A program made the position numbers and the translations under genes. A stretch of DNA of 64,000 nucleotides, taken from Octopus sinensis. Lineage: Eukaryota. The stretch's first letter is position 1; each line of letters opens with the position of its first letter. The notes under the pieces were generated by a model that was not told the origin of the DNA, searched no databases, and worked only from the letters and a program-made list of their open reading frames with translations. Below are positions 26,827 through 41,201 of the stretch, in pieces. The stretch covers positions 4,030,001 through 4,094,000 of the forward strand of contig NC_043025.1 in the NCBI RefSeq assembly GCF_006345805.1, given 5' to 3'.

Positions 26827-26999
26827 TAAAGAAGGTGGCTAATTTTTGCCCCTGTGCAGGTTTGTAAAAATCTATGCTATGTCACTGGGGCCCTTCTGTA
26901 TAATATAAGAAGGATTACCTGTAATCTATGTTAAGGGCTTCAGTGTGAGGACACTGGGATTTCTTATCCAAAGTCTCTCAGTTCTTTCCTATTAAACCC

Positions 27000-27432
27000 C
27001 AATGAGATGCTGAAAATAGTAAGACATTTGTCTTATGAAGAAAGGCTGAAGACGCTCGGCCTTTATTCTCTAGAAAATAATGATGCCGTGGAGATCTCGT
27101 TCTTGCTCACAACATCATAAGCGGAAAGTATAACCTCTCGAAAGAGCTGTTCTTCACTCTTGCTCCAGAGTGTCAGCTGCGGGGGTCACTCCGAAAAGCT
27201 CTATCTGCGACGATTTCATCTCAGTCGAAGGAGAGGGGCTTTCTCCGTCCGGATTGCGGATCCGTGGAATAAGCTGCCGGACGAGATAGTGAAGATGCCG
27301 ACGACCGCTCGGTTCAAAGTCTCCCTCGACCACAAGTGGCCTGAACTCTTTACATGAACACCCTAACTGTACATAACTCCATGTCCCCCTACATGGCCTT
27401 GCTTTTTGAGCCAAAAAATTAACTTAACTTAA
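27000..27432 (+). mobile_element. CR1-type LINE 3' end, copy D
   Basis: SYEERLKTLGLYSLE followed by the same C-terminus and tail, with a frameshift. Confidence 0.88.
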
Positions 27433-27634
27433 CATTACAGGTAACTGAAGGGAGGAGCGTCCTATAAACAAAATGTGGCTGTGTGGTAAACGAGTTGGTG
27501 TCCCATCCACATGGTTGTGAGTTCAGTCCCACTGCATGGCATCTTGGATGTGCATCTCCTACAATAGCTCTGGGCCAACCAAAGCCTTGTGAGTGGATTT
27601 GATAGATGGAAACTAAAAGAAGCCCACCATAGAT

Positions 27635-27794
27635 GCAGGAGTGGGTGTGTGGTAAGTAGCTTACTAACCAACCACATGGTTCCGGGTTCATTCCCACTGC
27701 GTGACACCTTGGGCAAGTGTCTTCTACTATAGCCCCGGGCCGACCAATGCCTTGTGAGTGGATTTGGTAGACGGAAACTGAAAGAAGCCTGTCG

Positions 27795-27875
<81 letters not shown>

Positions 27876-28097
27876 TGAGTGTGTGTGTGAGAGTGTGTGT
27901 GTATGTGTTGTCCCCCTAGCATGCTTGACAACCGATGCTGTGTGTTTATGTCCTTGTAACTTAGCGGTTCGGCAAAGAGACCGATAGAATAAGTACTGGG
28001 CTTACAAAGAATAAGTCCTGGGTTGATTTGCTCGACTAAAGGCGGGGCTCCAGCATGGCCGCAGTCAAATGACTGAAACAAGTAAAAGAGTAAAGAG
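27635..28097 (+). mobile_element. SINE family 1
   Basis: Family 1 match with an expanded internal (TG)n. Confidence 0.88.
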
Positions 28098-28724
28098 TAT
28101 ATCATCCTCATCATTATTTAATGTCCTTCTCTTCCATGCTGGGATGGTTTGACAAGAACAGATGAGCAAGAGTGCTCAACCAGGTTCCATAGTCTGCTTT
28201 GGCATGGGTTCTACTGCTAGATGCCCTTCCTAATGCCAACCACTTAAGAAAGTGTACTGGTGCTTTTTATGTGGCACCAGCACTAGTGTCATCACAAAGT
28301 ACCTGCAAGATGAGACCCCTCAACCTGAGTGGGGTTAAAATGGAGGGATAAGGACGCTATTATAGAGGGAAAGGATCAGGCATGTTGCTGCAGAGATGAC
28401 ATGATTTATCCACCTGTGGAGGGGGTCAGGTACAAGATGAATCTGCGACAGAATAGAAGGATGTTTGTGTGTGTGTGTTTGTCTTCCACCATCACTTGGT
28501 AACCAGTGTTGGTTTGCTGACACCCCTATAATTTAGGAGTTTCATAAAAGGACACTGATAACAATGTAGCAGGCTTTCAAAAATAAATGCAGGGGTCAAT
28601 TTGCTTGACTAAACCCAGTGCTGAAGCATGGCCGCAGTCTAATAAAAGATCAAAAATAAGATATGGTGCCATATATGGGTTTATGAGCAGAGTCAGACTA
28701 AATGCATATTAATTAAAATACAGG

Positions 28725-28965
28725 TCCAGATACTGCAACAGCTTGGGTTTCAGAGGACCACAGCTCTTTAACATCCTCCCTAAATGCCTGAAAGACTTAC
28801 ATGGTGTGGATGTGGGCTTCTTTAAAACTAAGCTGGATCTCTTCTTGTTGGGGGTCCCAGATGAACCTACCTCACGACAGGAGACACAGATGCGGGCAGT
28901 GGCATCGAACTCCCTTGTTGATCAAGTGCCACGTATCAGAGGTGGATTCACATATTAGTGTAGCT
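28725..28965 (+). mobile_element. CR1-group LINE 3' fragment, second family
   Basis: GPQLFNILP...FKTKLDLFL..VPDEP...ASNSL C-terminal motif. Confidence 0.75.
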
Positions 28966-29374
28966 CATTCAGTGGTGGTGCCCCAGCATGGCCACGGCCT
29001 TCGGGCTAAAACATTTTTAAGGATTTTTTTTTTAAGGAATTAAATGTATACACGTGAATTACTTTACAACACTTCCTGCCCCCATGTGGCCTCCCTCCTC
29101 CTCATTATAATTATGGTAGTCATTAAGAGAGAGAGAGAGAGAGAGATAGTTTTCATGAGGAAGGGATAAAGATTTGTTTTTGATGCAATATTTACAACAT
29201 ATAATGGTTGATTTATTTTTCAAGACAAGAAGGAAATATTTGAAGGCAAAAACATAAAACACACCAAAGTATTCCTTCTAAAACGCAGCAACCGTATACA
29301 AATATATGTATGTATATGTGCATGTATACACATATATGTATATGTGTCTATAGAGATATGTCTATATCTGTACT

Positions 29375-29780
29375 CTCTCTCTTTTACTCTTTTACTTGTT
29401 TCAGTCATTTGACTGCGGCCATGCTGGAGCACCGCCTTTAGTCAAACAAATCGACCACGGGACTTATTCTTTTTTGTAAGCCCAGTACTTATTCTATCGG
29501 TCTCTTTTGCCGAACCGTTAAGTGACGGTGATGTAAACACACCAGCATAAGTTGTCAAGCAATGCTAGGGGGACAAACACAGACACAAACACACACACAC
29601 ATATACATATATATATACGACAGGCTTCTTTCAGTTTCCGTCTACCAAATCCACTCACAAGGCTTTGGTCGGCCCGAGGCTATAGCAGAAGACACTTGCC
29701 CAAGATGCCACGCAGTGGGACTGAACCCGGAACCATGTGGTTGGTTAGCAAGCTACTTACCACACAGCCACTCCTGTGCC
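29375..29780 (-). mobile_element. SINE family 1
   Basis: Family 1 consensus match. Confidence 0.88.
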
Positions 29781-30835
29781 TATGTATGTATATTTCTTTT
29801 GTCTGATAAGCTACTTAGCTGTGGGTGCCATGTAAAAAGCACCCGGTGCACCCTGTAGAGAGTTGGTGTCAGGAAGAGCACCCAGCTGTAGAAACTATGC
29901 CAGAACAGACATAGAACCTGGTATGGCCCCTGGCTTTGCCAGTTCCTGTCAAACCATCCAACCCATGCCAGCACAGACATTAAATGATTATGAGGATGAT
30001 GATGCATATAAACATTACACCCAGTCATGTCAATATATTTATGTGTGTGTGTGTGTGTTTGTGTGCATACACACACACACATATAAAGGGAAGATAACTC
30101 AGACTATCCCATCTGACTCATAAATTATTACTCTACAGTTGTATATTTTCTTTGAATGATATTTCAAAGGAATACATCATCTTTCCACACACTTTCATTT
30201 TACTTCTTCTGCTGTCACACACTCTCTAGTTGCCCCTTCATAATCTCCTACAAAACTTTCACACTTATTCCTCCAACTATTCCCTTAGTGTGACAATGAT
30301 TGAATACACAAAGAATACAAATATACACATATAATATATATATATATATATATATACATACACACACACACACACACACACACATACTTAGTAGGGTCCC
30401 TTGACTTCTTAGAAATCAGTTCCTAAGCTGGTTTAGTCTCTTTCACCTTCCGTTGGTGTGTGTGTATATATATTCTGTTTTTTATATAAATTTTCATCTG
30501 TCCTGCCCGCCAAATTTGGTTCTGGTGTTCGCTGAATTCTTTCCTCTAGAGAATTTCCTTGTAGTTTGATTGTTGATGGTCTATTTCTAGCATTCGGCCG
30601 ATTTCCTAGCAGTAAGCCCTGCCAATATACACATATATTAGAATTTTCTCTGACTTCTCAGATTTTTTGTATGCTGGACTACTGGTTTTAAATTGATATT
30701 AAAATTAATATTAATTTATCTCCCTCATTATTTATATATATATATGTATCTTATATTGCCTAGTCATACAAACCAATTTGTAAAAGCTTTTGACAGGTGA
30801 ATAATTTATTGCTGTAAATGTCTTTTCATAAACTT

Positions 30836-31131
30836 TTGGCTGGTAAATGTTTTTAACTTTGATATCTATCATTATTATAACCATTTTTGCTGCCATTGCA
30901 TGTATAGTGATTTGATTGGCTGTAATTCAAACTGTCCCCTTCCCAAAATGAGCAGCTTCAATAAAGCATTATTCCAAAACAACTCATGATTTCAATATAT
31001 CTACCTGCAAATATATTCCTTCACAGTTTGATGGGGAATATTGCCTGATGAAATGGTGTGGTCATGTAATAATGTAATATCATGTAATATTATGCAGTAC
31101 TGAATAAATAATCACGCTATGGAAATGTGGG
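30836..31131 (+). repeat. 296-bp direct repeat, partner at 32350-32645
   Basis: Two closely similar copies 1514 bp apart, containing a decayed CTGATGA motif. Confidence 0.88.
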
Positions 31132-32842
31132 TAGCACAAATTTTTAAGCTGTTTGTTCTTGTTTCTCTAGAACGTGTGTGTGAGTGTAGATAGAGACATA
31201 CATACATATACAGATTCAGCGATGGATCTGAGTGACTCTTGGTGTTTTATGTTTCCATTCTTTGTTGGGTTCTAATTATTAAGGAGAGAATTACACACAG
31301 GTGGAGGAGACTGATACGGTAACACCCATGCACAGAACAACAACAATGGTTTACAATTAAATGACATAAATGTAATAAGGTTCTCTAATACACAGGTGAT
31401 GGATCGAAGTGTGTAGTCATAAATTTAACGAAACCAACATTCTGGATATTTATGAAGGAAACAAACAGTTTGACAGACAATCAGAAGTCATATGAGGAAG
31501 AGTGCACATGCATGTCATTTAATACAAACAGGATTTAAATCCAAGCTGCTGCTAGTTTCATGCTGTGAAAACATGATGGTCTAACAAGCTTGTATAGTGA
31601 TTGGTGTGTTTCTAAGCCATCTTTCAGAAACAGATATACAACATGGCTGGTCTTTCTTGAAAGAAATGAGGAAGGATACTGGTTTTTGAGGAAACAGAAG
31701 AAAGGATAACAGGAAATGAAAAGGCCAGCCATGTTGTATATCTGAATGTGAGAGATTCATCAGAAACACATGCTACACTAAACTACTAACAGTAGCTTCA
31801 AATTAAATCCTGTGGAATCTTGAAGCAGATAAGGCTATAGATAACAGTGTATAAGCATAGAGTTAAAAACCCCCTTTGGATAGTAAAAGTCAAAGGCTGC
31901 CTGTTGGACTTACAGCGACATCACCAGTCAACATGACAGATGTTCTACCATTGGACCAAATTTATATATTGTCAACAATATATATACATATATGCATGTG
32001 TATGTGTGTGTATATATATATATACACACACATATAGTGATACTGATATTTTGAAACCATTTAATACGTACATTTCAGGCCTGCATAGTATATAACAGAC
32101 ACTGCATCCCTTATATGACATGTACCACAGAACATTTTTAACTGAGGAAGATCTTAAGTGATAGATGTATTTCCTATCATATACTATGCTGACCTGAAAG
32201 TTGTATGTTGAATGATTTCAAAATATCACTGTTTGGTTGGACTCTATTATTGCAATTTAGATGACTCAATGCCTATACAAGACTCGCTGAGGTGATCTTG
32301 ACTCCACTTTGCAAATATTCTGACAACAATTTGGTGTAGTTTGTTGTGTTTGGCTGGTAAATGTTTTTAACTTTGATATCTACCATTATTATAATCATTT
32401 TTGCTGCCATTGCATGTATAGTGATTTGATTGGCTATAATTCAAACTGTCCCCTTTCCAAAATGAGCAGCTTCAATAAAGTAGTATTCCAAAACAACTCA
32501 TGATTTCAATATATCTACCTGCAAATATATTCCTTCACAGTTTGATGGTGAATATTGCCTGATGAAATGGTGTGGTCATGTAATAATGTAATATCATGTA
32601 ATATTATGCAGTACTGAATAAATGATCACGCTATGGAAATGTGGGACTCTGCACTATTTCTTAGCATAACATAAAACATAGATATTGATATACACATATA
32701 AATACACATATTTTTATATACAGACATAAAATATATATGTAATAAGTTATATTTATATAAAACACATAGAACAGATATAATACATACACAAGTGTATATC
32801 TACCAATCTAGGAAGCTGTGTACACACACACATAAATATACC

Positions 32843-33062
32843 CGTTTCTTTATTACCCACAAGGGGCTAAACATAGAGGGGACAAACGGATTAAGTCGAT
32901 TACATCGACCCCAGTGTGTAACTGGTACTTAATTTATCGACCCTGGAAGTATGAAAGGCAAAGTCGACCGTGGCGGAATTTGAACTCAGAACGTAACGCC
33001 AGATGAAATACGGCTACGCATTTCGCCCGGCGTGCTAACGTTTCTGCCAGCTCGCCGCCTTA
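32843..33062 (-). mobile_element. tRNA-derived SINE family 2 (head aaggcggcgagctggcag, core gtcgactttgcctttcatcc). Other copies near 3070, 35479, 47263, 50491, 52465, 54695, 54945 and 58640
   Basis: Repeated consensus with a gagttcaaattcc B-box; the core resembles the recalled Meta-type SINE domain. Confidence 0.82.
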
Positions 33063-34498
33063 ATAAATATAGGTCTGACCTATACATATGTGATATATAT
33101 ATATGTGTGTATGTGTGAGTATACATATATACATATAAATGCCAACGCACAAGGCTCTTGACCTTTGAATTACTGTTGCTTCTAACAAATATTAATAAAA
33201 ATGTGTGTGTATGTGTGTCACAGACATATTTACATGCATATGGGAGACTTGGGAAGCAACACATTCAGTTTTGAAGAAATATTACTCTACTCTTATTCAC
33301 TGCACTGAGTACTTCTCCCCACCCCTTGAACTGCCTCCACAATGATGTCATGTTGTTCTTGCCATTGACAACATTACAACAAACAGTTTCACCATTCTCA
33401 AATCTTGGGGTGGATCATCAAACCCACTTCTTTATGTTACAGCTGCGATGGTTTAAGTTTGTCACCCAAAATGTTTGTAAACTGAAACTATTTTTCCCAT
33501 AGAAAATTCAAAAGAAGACACAGTGAATTCAAGCAGGGATGTGCATGGAGTGAGAGCCAGACAGCAACTGATGCTCCTCAACAAATACTTCCAGCTTGTT
33601 GCTAACGATTGTTGTTAATTTGCATGTTTATTACACTGTTTGTCACCTGAGGTGTTTCATGTTAAAAAATTGCTTGTAAACCAATTTGTTTGTGAGAAGA
33701 GGTGTTCGTAAACAGGTGTTCCCATATATATATATGTGTGTGTATGTGTGCGTGTATAAATAAATATATATATATATATATATATACTGTCTACCAATAG
33801 TTCACATCACCTGATGAAATGGCTGGTAAATTAGCATATAAAATATTATGCAATACATCATGTGCAAATAAATTACTAGGCTATTGAAACATATGTAACA
33901 TGAATTGAGCTAATGAATATCCATCTTTGTTAAACTTGGCTTTGCATACAGAAACACGTGAAAATGGGTGCTGCCCATATTGCCTGCAGTCTTACTGGTG
34001 GCCACCACACACAGACAAAATTTCTACTCTTTGAGTACTCACAGCCATGACTGAGTGTGGTTGTAGCCAGAGATATGTCTGAGCAATACTACTGTATATG
34101 CAGATAGGCATGTTTGAGTAGTGTTGGGTGCTTAGAGGAATGGGGTTGAGTAAGGCATTGTACTCAAAAAGAACTGAGTGCAACAGGATACTCAGCTGTG
34201 AGGCTCAGTTATGTAATTTACTCAAGATTAAAGCAGTGGAGTACCAAGTGGAAGGTCACTCAATAGAAGAGAAAATATAGAGGTGAATGTCAGAGTAATG
34301 TGGCACATTGGAAAGGAGCACAGGGGAGTGCTTTTGTGTACTCAGAGAGCCACAGCTGAGCAACAACAATTGTTGAGTGTGATGATAGGCCATTCATCAC
34401 GACTGTCATCATCTTTTCTCTGCTTCTTAATACACATCACAATAAACACACATATATATGTATACACATACACACACATATATTATGTACATGTATGC

Positions 34499-34537
<39 letters not shown>

Positions 34538-34825
34538 AGAAGGCTGCCAGGTCATTAAATGAGTATGACCCTAGCTGACGAAATAGAATGGATCACAGCA
34601 TCACACATTGTGACAGTGACCATGGCTCTCAAATCCTTCAAGAGACTCATAGAACTCGTTGCAGGATCAACAGCCAAATTCTTTCTAACTTTTTGGTTGT
34701 TTTGCATCATTGTGATGATTTTCTTTATACACACACACACATATAGATAGATATATAGACATACATATACATGCATACATACATATATATATACATTGGA
34801 AGGTTTGGAGATGATGTACAGGTAT

Positions 34826-34994
34826 TATATATTAGAAGAAATGAGGTACTCAGAAGATCGGATGGTTTTTATATTTAGATATTTATTTGTATATTACATT
34901 TATATATATATATATATAAAAATGTAATATACAAAAAATATCTATAAATATAAACCATCCGATCTTCTGAGTACCTCATTTCTTCTAATATATA
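34826..34994. repeat. Fold-back/MITE-like inverted repeat about 220 bp downstream of the 47-nt NF1 exon
   Basis: tatatattagaagaaatgaggtactcagaagatcggatggttt and its reverse complement flank a (TA)n centre. Confidence 0.8.
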
Positions 34995-35071
34995 TATACA
35001 CATATACACACACAGTTAATATAAAACACAATCTATAAATGTTTCTATCGACCATAATTAGTACAACTGAT

Positions 35072-35109
<38 letters not shown>

Positions 35110-35212
35110 TAGATAGATGACACACACAAAGCAGAGGCTGCCACAACTATCACCACACACACACACACACACACAAACACACCTTATGGTAAGGTAGTCT
35201 TTTGGAACTTAC

Positions 35213-35259
35213 CTTGGAAAATACACCAGCAAACCTCCACAGTCCACCAAACCCAATAC
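35213..35259 (-). CDS. NF1: Neurofibromin exon (47 nt): (S)IGFGGLWRFAGVFSK
   Basis: Acceptor ttttgcacacccag, donor gtaagt. Carries the conserved GFxGLWRFAGxFxK motif. Confidence 0.96.
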
Positions 35260-36229
35260 CTGGGTGTGCAAAAGAAAACAAAGAAGCATTTATTAATTCC
35301 TTAGCATATTGACCGTTGTCTTCAATAAATCCATGCATTATTTCATAGCTTTCAGATATCAATGATAATGCTGTTTATTTTAAGAATTAGGCAGGTGTGG
35401 AAATAGGAAGACCAGATATCATCATCATCATTTCATATCTGTTGTCCATGCTGGCATAGGTTGGATGGTTTGACCAGGGCGGCGAGCTGGCAGAATCGTT
35501 AGCACGTCGGGCGAAATGCGTAGCCGTATTTCGTCTGCCGTTACGTTCTCAGTTCAAATTCCGCCGAGGTCGACTTGGCCTGTCATCCTTCTGGGGTCGA
35601 TTAAATAAGTACCAGTTGCACACTGGGGTCGATTAAATAAGTACCAGTTGCACACTGGGGTCGATGTAATCGACTTAATCTGTTTGTCCTTGTTTTTTCC
35701 CCTCTGCGTTTAGCCCCTTGTGGGTAGTAAAGAATTGACCAGGGCTGGTAAGCTGCACTACACTCCAGTCTGATTTGGTATAGTTTTCTATGGCTGGACG
35801 CCCTTCCGAATTCCAACCACTCCAAAAGTGTAACAGGTGCTTTTATGTGCCATTTGCGTGACCCCAGTATCTGCCACGACTGCAATTTTACTTGGCTTGA
35901 GGGGTCTTCTTCTCAAGTACAACGGAATGCCAAAGGTCTCGTTTATGTCTCTGTGAGGCCCAACGCTCAAAAGGAACTCAGCCACTTTGCTTCCATGAGG
36001 CCCAACACTTGAAAGGAACTTGGCCAGATTCACTGCTAAAATGTTAACCCATTAGCTTTCTGATTTACTGTCAAATATCATCTTTATTTGGCAGGGCAAG
36101 TGAGACCATAACCCGTGGCCTCTTCCTGAGATGTAGCCAGCCCACTTATGCATACCTTTCCTTCTTGGGACACAAAACTCTACTTGTGAAGATCTGTTGG
36201 GGCAAGTGAAATAGAAATCGAAATCACTC

Positions 36230-36571
36230 AAAAATCAATGGAAATTGTAGTTGTGATACCAGTGCTGGTGGCACGTAAAAGACCCATCCAAACGTGGCCA
36301 TTGCCAGCGCCGCCCCGACTGGCTTCCGTGCTGGTGGCACGTAAAAAGCACCAACCGATCGTGGCCGTTGCCAGCCTCGCCTAGCACGTAAAAAGCACCC
36401 ACTGCACTCACGGAGTGGTTGGCGTTAGGAAGGGCATCCAGCTGTAGAAACACTGCCAGATCAGACTGGAGCCTGGTGCGGCCTCCTGGCTTCCCAGACC
36501 CCAGTTGAATCGTCCAACCCATGCTAGCACGGAAAACGGACGTTAAACGATGATGATGATGATGATGATGA
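36230..36571 (+). mobile_element. SINE family 3 (internal gtggcacgtaaaaagc repeats, aagggcatccagctgtag core, (GAT)n tail). Other copies near 5445, 22640, 24000, 28105, 29820, 38805, 39300 and 44895
   Basis: Multiple near-identical copies in both orientations. Confidence 0.85.
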
Positions 36572-39500
36572 TTTACACTGTTTTCAATTATTCCTGCATT
36601 ACCTCATTGCTTTGAGTTTTCAGTTTTAAAATGACATTGTAGAAGAGGTGTGAGAGGTCAGACTAGGCAAGTTTTAACATAAAGCAGGGAGAATACTTGG
36701 GCTGAATGTTGGCCCATTTACGTGGTAAAGGGTTAACCCTACGGCATTCAGAGTATTCTGTCAAATATAATCCTTATTTATTCAACTTATCATGCATTTT
36801 GTCATAGATTTGAGATTTCAAGGATGCGATTTGTTTATATCTAGAGGGACATTGCCGGGTAGGTGCGAGAGGTTGGATCTGAACAGTTTGAACATAAAAC
36901 AGGGGGCCAATATTTGGCCTGAATGGTGCCAGTCTACATGACACTTTGTTGGTTTCAAATTTTGGCACAAGGCCTGCAATTTTGGGGGAAGGGATAAGTC
37001 GAGGACACCAACCTTGGTGCTTGACTGGTTCTTTATTTTATTGACCCTGAAAGGGACGAAAGACAAAGCCAACCTCAGTGGAATTTGAACTCGGAACATA
37101 AAGAGGGATGAAATGCCACTGGTTTCAAGATGGACACAAAACATGAGTTTGATGGTGGGCCACTCTTCTTCTTCTTCACTTTAAAATCAGTCACTGCCCA
37201 AGTGATCAATCATTCCAGATCAGGGAATCTTAATGGAGGGCCATATAAGATTTTGTTAACATTTATCTGCAAGAAATTGCTTGCACTTCTACAAGAACAC
37301 AAAATTGGTTTCACAAATTTAAAAAATTTAATGGCACATAAAAAGCACCATCCGAGCGTGGCTGTTCGCCAGCCTCGTCTGGCACCTGTGTTGGTGGCAC
37401 GTAAAAGGCACCTACCGATTGTGGTCGTTGGGGCAAGTGTCATCAACTAAATCCCTTGGATGACCAAAGCCTTGTGAATAGATTTGGTTGATGGAAACTA
37501 AGAGAAGCCTGTCATATATGTGTACGTGTCTGCATGTATGTGTTTGTGTGTCTCCTTGTCTACACATCGTGTGATGGCTGTAAACGAGTATCACCTTCAT
37601 ATGCAGGATATTCTTTGCTTCTGGTCTTGCATGAAAAACATATCTGGCCATGCGGAAATCTTGGCTTGCTTTCAAAACGGGTGGGGTGTTGCATTTCTTG
37701 GTAACAGGAAGGGCATCTGGCTGTAGAGAGTTTGCCTGGACAAAATACTGTCTGACCCATGAAAGCATTGAAATACTCACAAGATTTCCACAAGAAGTGA
37801 AGGAAACCCTACATTCCATTTGAGTCCAATGCTTCCTGGGACAAGGTCTGATGGTGAGGGGCCAGTTCACCATCAAAAGTTATCAGGGCATCAGCCACCT
37901 CTCAGTCTGCTTCTCAGTGACCCCCCTCACCAGTCTGCTCATACAAGGCCCTTACTCAAGTCTTCTCCACCTGGCGGTCTGATCTGAACCAGAAACCCAA
38001 ATCTCTTACCCAAATGCTTGTTCTGTTATTACAGAAGCTGTCGTCTCCTTACCTGCACCCGCTTCCTCCAGCACTCAAAAGATTAAAAAAGAAGAAAACT
38101 AAAACACAAAAAGCAGCCAGTACACTGTGTGGAGTGGTGGGCATTAGGAAGGGCATCTAGCTGTAGAAACCAAGCCAGAACAGACAATGGAACCTGGTAC
38201 AGCTCCCAGCCTTGCCAGCTCCTGTCAAACCATCCAACCCATGCTAGCATGGAAAACGGATGTTAAATGATGATGATGATAACTGGATTGTCTATCAGTT
38301 TGTAATTCTGGGTAGCTTTCTTGGGGTACGCAGGTGATGTGAGAGTGTTGTACTCATAGGTGTAGACACAGCTTAAAAAGTTTGGCATCTTCATGGTTTT
38401 GGGCTCTCCTACTACAGCCCTGGGCCAACCAAAGTCATGGGAGTAAATTTGGTAGACAGAAACAGAAAGAAGCCCACTATATTTCATTTAGGTATAGCAA
38501 TACTAATAACTTGGTGTTGGAACACAATAAACGAATGCTTCAGAAACAAAAAAAAACAAAAGCATTTGTTGAGTTCAACGGGTAATGGAGAGATTATATC
38601 AATGAGAAGGGAACGAGAAATCACGTCATGAAACCTCATTTCTTTACACCTGTTTCGGCTTCAAACTGCAATGCACACATGATCAAGTGCTTGTGTTTCA
38701 CATTATAGTTTTGTGCAAGCTTTCATAAGAAAGTGAGGTTTATTTGGGAAAGCATGTATGAGCATGCGTATGTGTCATTTATCTTGGGTTATATTTCATC
38801 ATCATCATCATCATTTAACGTCCGCTTTCCATGCTAGCATGGGTTGGACGGTTCAACTGGGGTCTGGGGAGCCCGAAGGCTGCACCAGGCCAGTCAGATC
38901 TGGCAGTGTTTCTACAGCTGGATGCCCTTCCTAAAGCCAACCAATCCGAGAGTGTAGTGGGTGATTTTATGTGCCACCGACACAGGTGCCAGACGAGGCT
39001 GGCGAACGGCCACGCTCGGATAGTGTTTTTATGTGCCACCGACACAGGTGCCAGATGAGGCTGGCGAACGGCCACGATCGGATGGTGTTTGTTACGTGCC
39101 CACAGCACGGAGGCCAGTCGATGCGGTACTGGCTACGGCCACGTTCGGATGGTTTTCTTGTGTGCCACTGGCACTGGTACCACAAAGATACAAATTCCAT
39201 TGATGTTCATCTATTTAATATAACACAAATTACCAAGGTCATGTTTTCTATGCTTTTTTTATATAAACCCAAGTCACTTGGCTGCTGGAGATAAGGCCAG
39301 ATAATTGCTGTGCTGACATGGCCGATGCCAGCTCCGCCATGACAGGCTTCCATGCCGGTGGCACGTTAAAAGTACCAACCGATCGTGGCCGATGCCAGAC
39401 TCCCCTGGCACCTGTGCCGGTGGCATGTAAAAAGCACCCACTACACTCGCGGAGTGGTTGGTGTTAGGAAGGGCATCCAGCTGTAGAAACACTGCCAGAT

Positions 39501-40129
39501 CAGACTGGAGCCTGGTGCAGCCCCTGGCTTCCCAGACCCCAGTTGAACCGTCCAACCCGTGCTAGCATGGAAAGCGGACGCTAAACGATGATGATGATGA
39601 TGGCTATCAATCCAGAAACATGTCACAATTATCCTCTTCCTCGCTAGACAGTAAGCCTGTCCTTTTCTTTAAAGGCATGTCAGCTTTGGAGGATTCTTGA
39701 TTCTAGGGATGATCTCCCCATCTCAAGTGGAGTTGGTCTTAATTACCATTTGCTAATTATGATACGTCCTCTTGAGAGAGGAAGAGATTATTTTAATAAA
39801 TCAACAATTTATGTTGTATGGTATTTGATATACCTGTGTGTGCTGGCTCCAATACTCATGATTGTAGTTGTTTCTGCCTAGGTGAATCCTCCAAACAATA
39901 GGGTTCACCTGGAGCTGGTGCACCTTCAATCACATTTCTGCAGAAACTAAACCTCAAAGGTGTTCCAACCATGATCATCCCCTCTTTTTGTATATCTAAC
40001 ACTACAGTGGCCAAAGTGTTTTCCTTTTAAGACATGGATAGTTTGAAGCAGTCTGACTGCTATTTCTAGCAACTGCTTAGATACACCCAGTAACAGAAGG
40101 ATGATGATGATGACCGTGGTTATGTTTGT

Positions 40130-40680
40130 AGATGCTGACAAAAGCTGTGATGACAGTGTTGATGATGAAAGAGATGGTGATGAAGATGGCACTGACGGAG
40201 GGGGTGATAACGGTGGTGGTGGTGGTGATGATGATGACTGTCAATGACAGCAGGGACGACAGTGATGGTGGTGGAGATGATGACAATAGTGTCAATGACA
40301 GGTGAGATGACGGTGGCAGTGACGGAGGGGGTGATAGCGGTGGTGGTGGTGGTGATGATGATGACTGTCAATGACAGCAGGGACGACAGTTATGGTGGTG
40401 GAGATGGTGACAATAGTGTCAATGACAGGTGAGATGACGGTGGCAGTGACGGAGGGGGTGATAGCGGTGGTGGTGGTGGTGATGATGATGACTGTCAATG
40501 ACAGCGATGGTGGTGGAGATGGTGACAATAGTGTCAATGACAGGTGAGATGACGGTGGCAGTGACGGAGGGGGTGATAGCGGTGGTGGTGGTGGAGATGA
40601 TGACAATGATGGTGATAGTGGTGCTGATGATGACGATAGTGTCAATGACAGGTGAGACGATGACGGGTGGCAGTGACGAT
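40130..40680. repeat. GAT/GGT-rich minisatellite (about 120-bp higher-order unit) next to the NF1 donor at 40705
   Basis: Repeated tgtcaatgacaggtgagatgacggtggcagtgacggagggggtgatag blocks. Confidence 0.9.
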
Positions 40681-40705
40681 GCAAACAAAGGGGACGTATA
40701 CATAC

Positions 40706-40845
40706 TCTGGAGAAACGACAGCTGCTGCTGGGATGAGTCCTCGCAGGCAATCATATTTTGGATGATGCTTTGTACGGCGTTGAGGATGGCCTGGTCTTGG
40801 CTTAACGATAACACCGAATTGATTTTGGCATCAAGGAGACTATGT
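40706..40845 (-). CDS. NF1: Neurofibromin exon (140 nt): (I)HSLLDAKINSVLSLSQDQAILNAVQSIIQNMIACEDSSQQQLSFLQ(S)
   Basis: Acceptor ttcccttgcag, donor gtatgt. Phase 2 in and phase 1 out fit the neighbouring exons. Matches the NF1 segment HxLLDxKIN...LQS. Confidence 0.96.
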
Positions 40846-41127
40846 CTGCAAGGGAACGAGAAAAGATCAGAGAATTAGCCAAGGGAAACATCAAACAACC
40901 CCAATCAGAGGACAGCTAATTGTTTCAACTGAAAACTATAACTTTATGGGATTACCCTGGGTTTCACATCCATAAAGCTCTTAGCTTTACAGCACATCGT
41001 CAGATTCCAAACCTGTTGGTTTATGGCTTCTTCAGCAAAAAGTCAATAAAATGTAAGCCTGATGACTTAAACTTTTTCCTTTGCCATTTCCTTTTATTTC
41101 CCTTTTTCTCCTATTTATATTCTTCTA

Positions 41128-41201
41128 AATCATTCTGACGATGGAACAAGATAAATGCAAATTTACTTCGATTTGATAAACAGAAACAGCTGTAAATGGT
41201 T
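41128..41201 (+). ncRNA. Hammerhead-like fold in the left arm of the large inverted repeat
   Basis: AAUCAUU-CUGACGA-(weak, bulged stem II)-GAAAC agcu GUA-AAUGGUU: 7-bp stem I and palindromic ACAGCUGU stem III. Confidence 0.55.

Noticed and set aside
31035-31080. CTGATGA with stem I and II remnants (also near 32560 and 33811)
   Set aside because: GAAA and the cleavage triplet are decayed; counted only as relics, not called as ribozymes.
40419-40705. Open frame continuing past the NF1 donor into the minisatellite
   Set aside because: Frame openness follows from the triplet-based repeat; the canonical gtatgt donor and the in-phase next exon explain the locus.
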